NCBI RefSeq assembly: GCF_019966535.1 | Contig: NZ_JAIMID010000014.1 | Location: forward strand, 1 to 64,000 | Direction of reading: 5' to 3' | DNA length: 64,000 nucleotides | From: Mesobacterium pallidum | GTDB lineage: Bacteria > Pseudomonadota > Alphaproteobacteria > Rhodobacterales > Rhodobacteraceae | Shown: positions 40,933 through 49,150 of the stretch, piece after piece | Layout of the letters: each line of letters opens with the position of its first letter | Position numbering within the stretch: the first letter of the stretch is position 1 | Notes under the pieces: model-generated | Seen by the model: the letters and a program-made list of their open reading frames with translations, nothing else | The model's database searches: none | What the model was told of the DNA's origin: nothing | Translations under genes and position numbers: made by a program

Positions 40933-41024
40933 CGTGCCTTCCCATTGCGGCAACTGTCCCCTGTCCGGGTCGCCCCCCGTCCCGGCTGGGTTGCGTCCTA
41001 GGGGCTGCGCTCGCGGGCTGCAAG

Positions 41025-42026
41025 TCACCTTTTGGCTTTCCCCCGCCGGGGTTGCGGACGTGTCGGGATTTCCTTGAGCAATCCGCCCACGCCCATGGCG
41101 GCGATGTCGGCCCCTGTCACCTCGATCCCGCAGGCGACGCGGGCCAGCACCCAGTCGGCGCCGTTCAGCGCGGGCGAGCGCGCGCAGCCCGGCAGGCCGA
41201 TCACCGGGCGCTGGCCGAGGCAGCCGAGGAAGAGCAGGTTCCCGGGATCGACCGGCATGCCGAAGCGTTCCACGCGGCCGCCCGCCTGCCGCACCGCCTC
41301 TGGCGCGACATCGCCGGGGTCCGAGGTGGCCGAGCCGGTGAGGATCAGCGCCATGTCGGTGCTGACGCGTGCCAGCGCCTCGGCCAGCGGAGCGGTGTGG
41401 TGGGGAACGCATTCGACATGCGCCAGCGTCAGGCCCAGCGCCTCGATCCGGGCGGCGATCGCGTCTTCACCCTTGCGACCCGGCCCGCCCGGGATCTCGG
41501 TGATGATCAGGGTCGCGGTCTGGTAGACCGGCCGTTCCAGCCGGATCGCATCGCGGCCGATCTCGGAGGCGCGGACGACGTCCGCCTCGGGCACGCCGTA
41601 GGAGATGATCTTGATCGTCGCCGCCATGCCACGGGGACCCAGCTGCTGGTAATCGGGCACGGTCGCCAGCGTGATCAGCGGGTTGATCGCATTGAGCTGC
41701 GCCAGCCGGTCTGCATCCAGCCGCACCACCCCCGGCCCCTGCGCCAGGAGGTTCACCCGGCCGGTAAATGGCGCCTGACGGGTCAGGCCGGCGGCGCCTT
41801 CATCCGGGACCAGCGCCTTGGCGATGCGGGCGGCGGCGGTGTCCTCGTGGCAATCGTCCGCATCAAGCCGGGCGACGATCACCTCGTCGATACCGGCCTC
41901 GGTCAGCCTGGCGATCTCTTCCGGCCCCAGCCAAAGGCCCTTTTTCAGCTTGCGTCCCTCGATCTTGACCGAATGGGCGAGGATCGCGCCCTCAGCCAAA
42001 GTGACCGGGACGGGTCCGAATTTCAT
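41025..42026 (-). CDS. Molybdopterin-binding (MoCF-biosynthesis domain) protein
   Basis: MoeA/CinA-like MoCF_biosynth fold. Its start overlaps the XdhC stop by 4 nt. Confidence 0.65.
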   Translation of the reverse strand: MKFGPVPVTLAEGAILAHSVKIEGRKLKKGLWLGPEEIARLTEAGIDEVIVARLDADDCHEDTAAARIAKALVPDEGAAGLTRQAPFTGRVNLLAQGPGVVRLDADRLAQLNAINPLITLATVPDYQQLGPRGMAATIKIISYGVPEADVVRASEIGRDAIRLERPVYQTATLIITEIPGGPGRKGEDAIAARIEALGLTLAHVECVPHHTAPLAEALARVSTDMALILTGSATSDPGDVAPEAVRQAGGRVERFGMPVDPGNLLFLGCLGQRPVIGLPGCARSPALNGADWVLARVACGIEVTGADIAAMGVGGLLKEIPTRPQPRRGKAKR

Positions 42027-42991
42027 GCGCCTTTCCTCAGCACCTGCGTCGCCTCGGCCAGGATCGACACCGCGATCTCGGCCGGGCCCGCCGCCCCGAT
42101 GTCGAGCCCAACAGGCCCGTGGATCAGTGCGATCTCCTCGGCGGTGAAGCCTCGCTGGGTCAGCCGCTCGACCCGCTTGGCATGGGTCCGGGTGGAGCCC
42201 AGCGCACCGATGTAGAAGACGCCGGCCCGCATCCCCGCCTCGAGCGCGGGATCGTCGAGCTTGGGGTCATGGGTCAGCAGCACCAGCGCCGTGCGGCTGT
42301 CGAGACCGACCTCCGCCACCGCCTCGTCCGGCCAGTCGTGCATGAGCCGCTCGCCGGGAAAGCGTTCGGGCGAGGCAAAGCTTTCGCGCGGATCGACGAT
42401 CGTCAGATCGTAGCCGGCGATCCTGGCCATCGGGACCAGCGCCTGGGCGATATGGACGGCGCCGACGATGACCATGCGCAGCGGCGGGTTGTGAATGGCG
42501 ACGAAGGTCTGGCCGTCCTCTTCGAAGCCCGAGCGGTCCATGCGGAAGCGCTGGACATGCCCCTCGGCGGTCAGGTCGCGCGCGCCGGTTTCGATGTTCA
42601 CCTGGTAGGCGACGGGCTTGCGGGCGGCGCGCACCTCGACCAGCGCGGCCAGCATGTCTTCGGGCAACACGGCGCCCACGGGTTCCACCAGCACCCGGAT
42701 CGTGCCGCCGCAGGCCAGCCCCACGGCAAAGGCGTCACCGTCGCTGACGCCGAAGGTCAGGAGGCGCTGTTCGCCCTCGTCCAGCGCCTCGATCGCCTCG
42801 ACCACCACCGCACCTTCGACGCAGCCGCCCGAGACGGACCCCTCGATCATCCCCTCGCCCGAAACGACCAGCTGGCTGCCCACGCGACGCGGGGCGCTGC
42901 CCCAGGTCTCGACCACGGTGCAAAGCACGGCGCCCTTTCCGGCGCGGTGCCAGTCCAGCGCGATTTCGGGTGCTTGTTCGACTTGGCTCAT
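42023..42991 (-). CDS. XdhC/CoxI-family molybdenum-cofactor insertion chaperone
   Basis: ..AVLCTVVETWGSAPRRVGSQLVV.. and NAD-binding-like C-terminus. ATG (MSQVEQ) with a GGAGGG SD. Confidence 0.8.
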   Translation of the reverse strand: MSQVEQAPEIALDWHRAGKGAVLCTVVETWGSAPRRVGSQLVVSGEGMIEGSVSGGCVEGAVVVEAIEALDEGEQRLLTFGVSDGDAFAVGLACGGTIRVLVEPVGAVLPEDMLAALVEVRAARKPVAYQVNIETGARDLTAEGHVQRFRMDRSGFEEDGQTFVAIHNPPLRMVIVGAVHIAQALVPMARIAGYDLTIVDPRESFASPERFPGERLMHDWPDEAVAEVGLDSRTALVLLTHDPKLDDPALEAGMRAGVFYIGALGSTRTHAKRVERLTQRGFTAEEIALIHGPVGLDIGAAGPAEIAVSILAEATQVLRKGA

Positions 42992-43124
42992 GTTGCGGCC
43001 CTCCACTCAAGGCCAATGGATAGCACGTCGCGCGGCCGCGTCCATGGGACCATCGTGTGTTCGGACGCGCGAAGGCCCCCGGACCGCTGGGGTCCGGGGG
43101 CCATGCATTCGCGCGAGCTGCGGC

Positions 43125-44912
43125 TCAGCTGCCCTGCAGCAGCGGCGTGATGCGGCGCACGGCAGCGCGACGGTTGGCCAGTTCGCTGGCCTGGGTTTTG
43201 ATCAGCAGGTCCGATTCGCCATAGCCCTGCACGACAAGGTTCTCGGGCGGCACGTCGAAATATTCCGTCAGGGCCAGCGCGAGCGATTCCGCGCGGCGGT
43301 CCGACAGGGCGAGGTTGTAGCTCGCGCGGCCCACGGCATCGGTATGGCCTTCGATCAGGAAGACCTCGCGCGGGTTGCGGGCGATGGCCTCGCGCATGGC
43401 CTGGCCCAGTTGGGTCAACTCTTCGGCCTCTTCCGCCCGGATCACGGCCGAGCCGGTGGCGAAGTTGATGTTGTCGAGCGCGATCACCGGCACCTGCTTG
43501 CGCACCAGATCCACCCGGCGGATCTGCGCCAGCGAAAAGCGGCGGTCGGTGGCGGCGGACTGCTGGTCAAGCAACGCGCGCAGCTCGTTCTCGGTCAGGC
43601 TGTTGTAGTCCATGCTGGCCTGGCGGGTCTCTTCAAGATCGTCGACCTCGACCGCGCCCGGGATCTGCGTGTCGTCGAACAGCACGACCTCGGTGCCGTC
43701 TGGCTGGATCGAGGTGCGGCGCAGCACCGTGCCGTCGGCGGCCCGCACGGTCACGATCCGCGTGCCGTCGGGACGGTTGACCGTCACGCGGCTCGAGCCG
43801 TCGCTGAAATCCTCGGTTGCGACCTCGTAGCCCGGCTGGCGCAGCAGGGCGTTGTCGTCCTTGAGCACGTAGTATTGGCCGTCCCGTTCCACCACGACAC
43901 GGTCGCCGGAGTTCGACACGACCTCGGAGCCGTTGTCGAGGATCGTGCCAACGACCAGCGCGCCAAGGCCCGCCAGAGCGACCTTTTCGAAGTTCGACAG
44001 GCCATCGTCGTCGCCCCCGTCGCGCGCCTGCGCTTTGCCGGCGGCGGTGGTCGCGAATTCCTCGCTGGACGAGCGGGCGCTGTCCTCGGTCACGGTTTCG
44101 GTCACGACCTCGCCCGTGGCTTCGGCACCGGCTGCCGCGGCGGCGGCGGATTGCAGGCGGTCAACCTCTTGCTGCAGCGCCTCGATCTGGGCCTGGGCGT
44201 CCATCTCGGGCAGCTCGGGCTCGGCTTCGGCCTCTGCGGTGGTCTCGGCTTCAGCCTCGACCTCGGTGTCGGTGGCCGTCTCGGATTCGGCCGTCGTCTC
44301 GGTTTCGGCTTCGACCGGAGCCTCTGCAGTCGGCTCTGCCTCCATCTCGGTTTCGGCCGTCGTCTCGGTCTCGGCCTCGACCGGCGCCTCGGCGGTCGGC
44401 TCTGCCTCCATCTCGGTAGCGGCCTCCGCTTCGGTGGTCACCTCGGCTTCGACCTCTGCCTCGGTCTCCTCAACAGCCTCGGCGGTCTCCTCCACGGCCT
44501 CGGAGGTGGTTTCCTCGGCGGTCTCGACCGTCTCTTCGGTCACCTGCTCGGCCGTCTCGGTGGTCTCTTCGACTTGCTCGGCTGCCTCGGCGGTGGTCTC
44601 CTCCACCGTCTCTTCGACCGGCGCGGTCTCTGCTTCGGCCGTCGCCTCGGCCTCGACCTCTGCACCCTCGGCAGCAGCTTCCAGCTCGGCCTGCGCCTCG
44701 GGGCTCAGGGCCTCGTCCAGCGTGTTGCAGGCGTCGTTGGCGGTGGCCTCGAGGTTGTCCAGCGCGCCCTCAACGGCTTCGCCGACCGCGTCGGTGTTCG
44801 TCACTTCAAGACAGGGCTGGTCGGCCGCATCCTGCGCGATGCTGGGCAGCGGCACACTCGTGCCCAGCGCGATGGCCAGGATCGACGTGGATTTGAGCAG
44901 GTTGCGGATCAT
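43125..44912 (-). CDS. OmpA-family protein with long Glu/Thr/Ala-rich repeat region and C-terminal OmpA peptidoglycan-binding domain
   Basis: Signal peptide MIRNLLKSTSILAIALG, an ~250-aa acidic repeat region (TAEAPVEAETETTAE..), a coiled segment and an OmpA_C domain (..FATGSAVIRAEEAEELTQLGQAM..GHTDAVGRASYNLALSDRRAESL..). Confidence 0.8.
   Translation of the reverse strand: MIRNLLKSTSILAIALGTSVPLPSIAQDAADQPCLEVTNTDAVGEAVEGALDNLEATANDACNTLDEALSPEAQAELEAAAEGAEVEAEATAEAETAPVEETVEETTAEAAEQVEETTETAEQVTEETVETAEETTSEAVEETAEAVEETEAEVEAEVTTEAEAATEMEAEPTAEAPVEAETETTAETEMEAEPTAEAPVEAETETTAESETATDTEVEAEAETTAEAEAEPELPEMDAQAQIEALQQEVDRLQSAAAAAAGAEATGEVVTETVTEDSARSSSEEFATTAAGKAQARDGGDDDGLSNFEKVALAGLGALVVGTILDNGSEVVSNSGDRVVVERDGQYYVLKDDNALLRQPGYEVATEDFSDGSSRVTVNRPDGTRIVTVRAADGTVLRRTSIQPDGTEVVLFDDTQIPGAVEVDDLEETRQASMDYNSLTENELRALLDQQSAATDRRFSLAQIRRVDLVRKQVPVIALDNINFATGSAVIRAEEAEELTQLGQAMREAIARNPREVFLIEGHTDAVGRASYNLALSDRRAESLALALTEYFDVPPENLVVQGYGESDLLIKTQASELANRRAAVRRITPLLQGS
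44275..44412. repeat. Two copies of a ~66-bp tandem repeat inside the OmpA-family gene
   Basis: CCATCTCGGTTTCGGCCGTCGTCTCGGTCTCGGCCTCGACCGGCGCCTCGGCGGTCGGCTCTGCCT repeated with a few substitutions. It encodes MEAEPTAEAPVEAETETTAE(T/S)E. Confidence 0.6.
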
Positions 44913-45008
44913 GTGGTGTCCTCCGAATTCGCACCCCGCGGGGCGCGAGGTCATTGGACAGACAACAGGGCTGGGGCCGGAAAGGTTCCTGCCAAGCGCG
45001 AGAAGCGC

Positions 45009-46274
45009 TCAGCGGCGGCCCTCCATCGCGGCCATCAGCCGGGCCTTTTCGCCGGTATCCTCGGGGCGGGAAATCGCGATGGCGAGGTCTTCGAGCGATT
45101 GCACGTTGTGGCCGGCGCGGAAGCTGTCCACGTGGGGCAGCATGGCGGCGATCCCGCGCGCCTTGGGGGCGAAACCTTCCCATCGCAGCAAGGGGTTGAG
45201 CCAGATCAGGTGTCGGGACGACAGGTGCAGCCGCTCGATCTCTTTCGCCAGCTGGTCGGGGTCATCCCGGTCGAGCCCGTCGGTGATCAGCAGCACCACG
45301 GCGCCCTGCCCCATGACCCGCCGCGACCAGTCGCGGTTGAAACTATGCAGGCACTCGCCGATCCGCGTGCCGCCCTCCCAATCCTGCGCCTCGGCGCCCG
45401 CGGATTTCAGCGCCGCGTCCACGTCGCGGGTGGCGAGGTGCCGGGTGATGTTGGTCAGCCGCGTGCCGAAGGTGAAGGCATGCACCTTGGCCCATCCCGC
45501 CCCCTTGTGGTTGGCCACGGCATGGAGAAAATGCAGCACCATCCGGCTGTATTGCGACATCGACCCGGAAATATCGCAAAGCACCACCAGGTTCGGCCAG
45601 CGGTGCCGCGGCGACTTGAGCGCCATGGTCTGCATCTCGCCGCCCTGCCGCATCGCGCTGCGCATGGTGCGCCGCCAGTCGGGGCGCTTGCCGGTAAGGC
45701 TGGCCTTGGTGCGGCGCGAGGGGATGGGTTTGACGGGCAGCGTCATGCGGGCCAGCATGCGCTTGGCCTCGGCGATCTCGGAGGTGGACATCTGTTCGAA
45801 ATCCAGCGTGCGCAGCTTTTCCTCCGACGACATGGTGAGCGAGGCGTCGATCTCGATCTGGGTCTCGTCGCCCGATTGCTCGGGCATCTCGGGGGCGTCC
45901 CCTTCGACCCCGTCCAGAAGCGCCTCGGCCGCGCGTTTCTCGGCCGCTTGGGCGATGCGTTCCTCCTGCACGCCGCGCACGGCGGGCAGCATCATGGCCA
46001 TCATGTGCTCCATGTAGCGCGGATCGCGCCAGTAGAGGCGGAAGACCTGGGCAAAGACGCGGCGATGCTCGGGGCGGTTCACGAAACAGGCGTGGAGCGT
46101 CCAGTAAAAATCGGTCTTCGAGGTGAAGCCCGCCGCCTCGACCGCGCGGACGGCGTCGATCACGCGGCCCGGTCCGATGGGCAGGCCGGCCTTGCGCAGC
46201 GCCCGGGCGAACCAGGTGATGTTGTGTGTGAGGCGCGGGTTTTCCGGCAGCTCGAGGGGGAGGTATTCAGGCAT
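45009..46274 (-). CDS. VWA domain-containing protein (CoxE-like)
   Basis: ..NLVVLCDISGSMSQYS.. MIDAS motif, 421 aa. Downstream of the MoxR ATPase on the same strand. Confidence 0.8.
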   Translation of the reverse strand: MPEYLPLELPENPRLTHNITWFARALRKAGLPIGPGRVIDAVRAVEAAGFTSKTDFYWTLHACFVNRPEHRRVFAQVFRLYWRDPRYMEHMMAMMLPAVRGVQEERIAQAAEKRAAEALLDGVEGDAPEMPEQSGDETQIEIDASLTMSSEEKLRTLDFEQMSTSEIAEAKRMLARMTLPVKPIPSRRTKASLTGKRPDWRRTMRSAMRQGGEMQTMALKSPRHRWPNLVVLCDISGSMSQYSRMVLHFLHAVANHKGAGWAKVHAFTFGTRLTNITRHLATRDVDAALKSAGAEAQDWEGGTRIGECLHSFNRDWSRRVMGQGAVVLLITDGLDRDDPDQLAKEIERLHLSSRHLIWLNPLLRWEGFAPKARGIAAMLPHVDSFRAGHNVQSLEDLAIAISRPEDTGEKARLMAAMEGRR

Positions 46275-46298
46275 GGGTTCGCGCGCGTGGCTGGCCGG

Positions 46299-46370
46299 TG
46301 GGGGGGCTGTCTGCCCCCCCACACCCCCCCGAGAGTTTAGGGGCAAGATGAAGGGCGGATCGGTGCATCT
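46299..46370 (+). repeat. Dispersed intergenic repeat, degenerate partial copy
   Basis: GGGGGGGCTGTCTGCCCCCCC hairpin followed by CCCCCGAGAGTTTAGGGGCAAGATGAAGGGCGGATCGG. Confidence 0.5.
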
Positions 46371-46372
46371 GC

Positions 46373-47281
46373 TCAGGCCGTCTCGAGAGACGCCTGGACC
46401 TCGTCGAGGATCCGTTTCGCCTCGGAGCCCTGGATGCGCTGGATGTCGTCCTGGTATTTCAGGATCGCGCCCAGCGTGTCGGCGATGACCTGCGGGCTCA
46501 GCTCGATCACGTCGAGGGCCAGCAGGCATTTCGCCCAGTCGATGGTTTCCGCGACGCCGGGTTTCTTGAAGAGGTCTTCCGTGCGCAGGTGCTGGACGAA
46601 GGCGACGACTTCGCGGCTGAGCCGGTCCGCCGCCTCGGGGGCGCGGGCGTGCAGGATCTCGATCTCGCGGGCGAAATCGGGGTAGTCGACCCAGTGGTAG
46701 AGGCAGCGGCGCTTGAGCGCATCGTGCACTTCGCGCGTGCGGTTCGAGGTCAGGATCACGATGGGCGGCTCGGGCGCCTTGATCGTGCCCAGCTCGGGGA
46801 TGGTGACCTGGAAATCCGACAGCGCCTCGAGCAGGAAGGCCTCGAAGGGCTCGTCGGTGCGGTCCAACTCGTCGATCAGCAGGACGGGCGCGCCGTTCTC
46901 GTCGGGTCGCATGGCCTGCAAGAGCGGGCGCTCGACCAGGAAATCGGGGCCGAAAAGCTCGCGGTTCAGGATGTCGCGGTCGGCATTGCCCTGCGCCTCG
47001 GCCGTGCGGATGGCGATCATCTGGGCCGGAAAGTTCCATTCGTAGACTGCCGAAGAGGCATCGAGCCCCTCGTAGCATTGCAGCCGGATCAGGCGCCGGC
47101 CCAGCGCGGCGGCGATGGCCTTGGCGATCTCGGTCTTGCCGACGCCGGCCTCGCCCTCGAGGAACAGCGGACGGCCCAGCCGCAGCGACAGGAAGACCAC
47201 CGTGGCCAGCGCGCGCCCGCAGACGTAGTTCTGCTCGGCCAGCATCTGCTGCACGGCGTCGATGGATGTTGCCTTGGTCAT
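46373..47281 (-). CDS. MoxR-family AAA+ ATPase (CoxD-like)
   Basis: ..LFLEGEAGVGKTEIAKAIAAALG.. Walker A, ..VLLIDELDR.. Walker B. Start at MTKATSIDAV. Confidence 0.85.
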   Translation of the reverse strand: MTKATSIDAVQQMLAEQNYVCGRALATVVFLSLRLGRPLFLEGEAGVGKTEIAKAIAAALGRRLIRLQCYEGLDASSAVYEWNFPAQMIAIRTAEAQGNADRDILNRELFGPDFLVERPLLQAMRPDENGAPVLLIDELDRTDEPFEAFLLEALSDFQVTIPELGTIKAPEPPIVILTSNRTREVHDALKRRCLYHWVDYPDFAREIEILHARAPEAADRLSREVVAFVQHLRTEDLFKKPGVAETIDWAKCLLALDVIELSPQVIADTLGAILKYQDDIQRIQGSEAKRILDEVQASLETA

Positions 47282-47492
47282 GGTGCCTCCCTTGCCTCGC
47301 GTCAGGGTGCATCTTGGCCCCGCGCGGTCAATGCGACCAAAGCGCAATGGCCGGGTCGCATGTTGACGGGATTCCGCCGCTCTGCAATGATTTGATTAAA
47401 TAAACGATGGTACGGGACAAACCCGTGACCGGAACGGACGGGCAGATCGACACCATGCAAGCGGGGCGAGGGACGCAGCCGAAGGGGCGGAC

Positions 47493-48524
47493 ATGCGCGT
47501 GACGGCGGTGACCTGCGTCAAGAACGAAGGGCCCTTCCTGCTGGAATGGATCGCCTTTCACCGGCTGATCGGGGTCACCGACTTCCTGTTCTATACCAAC
47601 GATTGCTCGGACGCGACCGACCGGCTGCTGGATGCGCTGGCGGCGCGCGGCGGGGTGGTGCACCTGCCGAACCCCGCCAAGGGCCGCAATTACCAGATGG
47701 AGGCGCTGAAGGATTGCGCCCATCGCGACGTGGTGCGGGACGCCGACTGGGTCTGGATCGCCGACGTCGACGAGTTCCTGGACATCCACGCCGGCGATCA
47801 CACCATCCCCGCGCTGATCGAGGCCTGCGGCGACCCGCAGGCGATTTCGGTCATGTTCCAGTTCATGGCAAATGCCGGGGTGGAGGCGTTCGAGGACCGG
47901 CCCGTCATTGCGCAATTCACCAAGACCCATAACCCCGACATCTGGTGCGGCGAGACGGCGATCGAGGTCAAGACCTTGGTACGGCGGGATTTTCCGCTGC
48001 AATATTACGGCGCGCACCGGCCGTTCTTTCCCAAGAAGACGCCGGGGCGCAAGCGGCCGCGCTGGACCGATGCCTCGGGCCGGCCGGTGCCGCACAAGTT
48101 CCTGGTGGCCGCCAACAAGCGGCGTATTCGCAAGTTCCCGGCCGAGGGGGCGCGGGATTTCGCGACCCTCAACCACTATGCCCTGCGGTCGATGGACAGC
48201 TACCTGGTCAAGACCGACCGAGGCGACGTGAACCGCGAAAACCGCGCCTTCGACGACACCTATTGGCGCGAGCGGAACGACCCGGCCTGGGAGGAGCCGT
48301 CGATCCTGCGGATGCTGCCGGGCCTCGAGGCCGCGCTGGCCGAGCTCAAGGCCGACCCCGAGATCGCCGCGCTGCACAACGAGGCCGTGGCGCTTCACCG
48401 CGCGCGGATCGCCGCGTTGAACGCCCGGCCGGACTTGGCCGCGATGCGCGAGGCGTTGCGCAAGGCGCCTGCCCTGCCGCCGGATGAGTATGACCTGCTG
48501 CGCGACCTGGGGGAGATGCAGTGA
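47493..48524 (+). CDS. GT-A fold glycosyltransferase (Glyco_tranf_2_4/GT92-like family)
   Basis: N-terminal VTCVKNEGPFLLEWIAFHRLIGVTDFLFYTNDCSDATD and DxD-like IADVDEFLDIH. First gene of a translationally coupled cluster. Confidence 0.75.
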   Translation: MRVTAVTCVKNEGPFLLEWIAFHRLIGVTDFLFYTNDCSDATDRLLDALAARGGVVHLPNPAKGRNYQMEALKDCAHRDVVRDADWVWIADVDEFLDIHAGDHTIPALIEACGDPQAISVMFQFMANAGVEAFEDRPVIAQFTKTHNPDIWCGETAIEVKTLVRRDFPLQYYGAHRPFFPKKTPGRKRPRWTDASGRPVPHKFLVAANKRRIRKFPAEGARDFATLNHYALRSMDSYLVKTDRGDVNRENRAFDDTYWRERNDPAWEEPSILRMLPGLEAALAELKADPEIAALHNEAVALHRARIAALNARPDLAAMREALRKAPALPPDEYDLLRDLGEMQ

Positions 48525-49150
48525 GCGATCTGCGCGTCATCAACCTTGGCCTGCCCAAGACCGGCACCACGACGCTGGCCACGGCGCTGCGCCGGGCCGG
48601 GCTGAAGACGGCCGAGCACAAGATATTCGCCGCCCAGACCAGCCGCGAGGAAATCCACGGTGCCCTCGTTGCGCAGTTGATGTACCTGGGGCTTTTCAAC
48701 GAAGGCGACCCGCTGCACTGGATGCCGGAATTCGCCGGCTTCGCCGAGATCAGCGTGGCGCGCAACGACGGCTCGATCTGGCCGCAGATGGACTGGGCGA
48801 TCATATCCGCAATCGGCGACAGGCACCCCAGCGCGCGGTTCGTCGCGACACGGCGGCCAACGCCCGAGGTCGTCGCCTCGATGAACAACTGGTACGGGCT
48901 GGGGTCCAAGCGCCTGCCCAACCTCGACGTGCCCGGCCTGCCGCGCGGCTTCGGCAGCGATGACGCGCACAAGGCGCGTTGGATCGACGGGCATTATGCC
49001 TTCCTCGCGCGCGTCTTCGCCGGCGACGACCGCTATCTCGAGCTGGACGTGGCAGCCGAGGACGCGGCCCAGCGCCTCGCCGCCCATATCGGCCGCGACG
49101 TGCCCTGGTGGGGCCGCCGGAACGTCAATCACCACGCGGACGAGGCGTGA
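48521..49150 (+). CDS. Sulfotransferase family protein
   Basis: 5'-PSB-like P-loop INLGLPKTGTTTLATAL. The GTG start overlaps the upstream stop (GTGA), and its stop overlaps the next start (ATGA). Confidence 0.65.
   Translation: MSDLRVINLGLPKTGTTTLATALRRAGLKTAEHKIFAAQTSREEIHGALVAQLMYLGLFNEGDPLHWMPEFAGFAEISVARNDGSIWPQMDWAIISAIGDRHPSARFVATRRPTPEVVASMNNWYGLGSKRLPNLDVPGLPRGFGSDDAHKARWIDGHYAFLARVFAGDDRYLELDVAAEDAAQRLAAHIGRDVPWWGRRNVNHHADEA

Noticed and set aside
42618-46340. 1240-aa plus-strand ORF spanning the XdhC, OmpA, VWA and MoxR region
   Set aside because: Low-complexity (G/L/R/A) translation with no domain-like segments. It is antisense to four independently supported genes.
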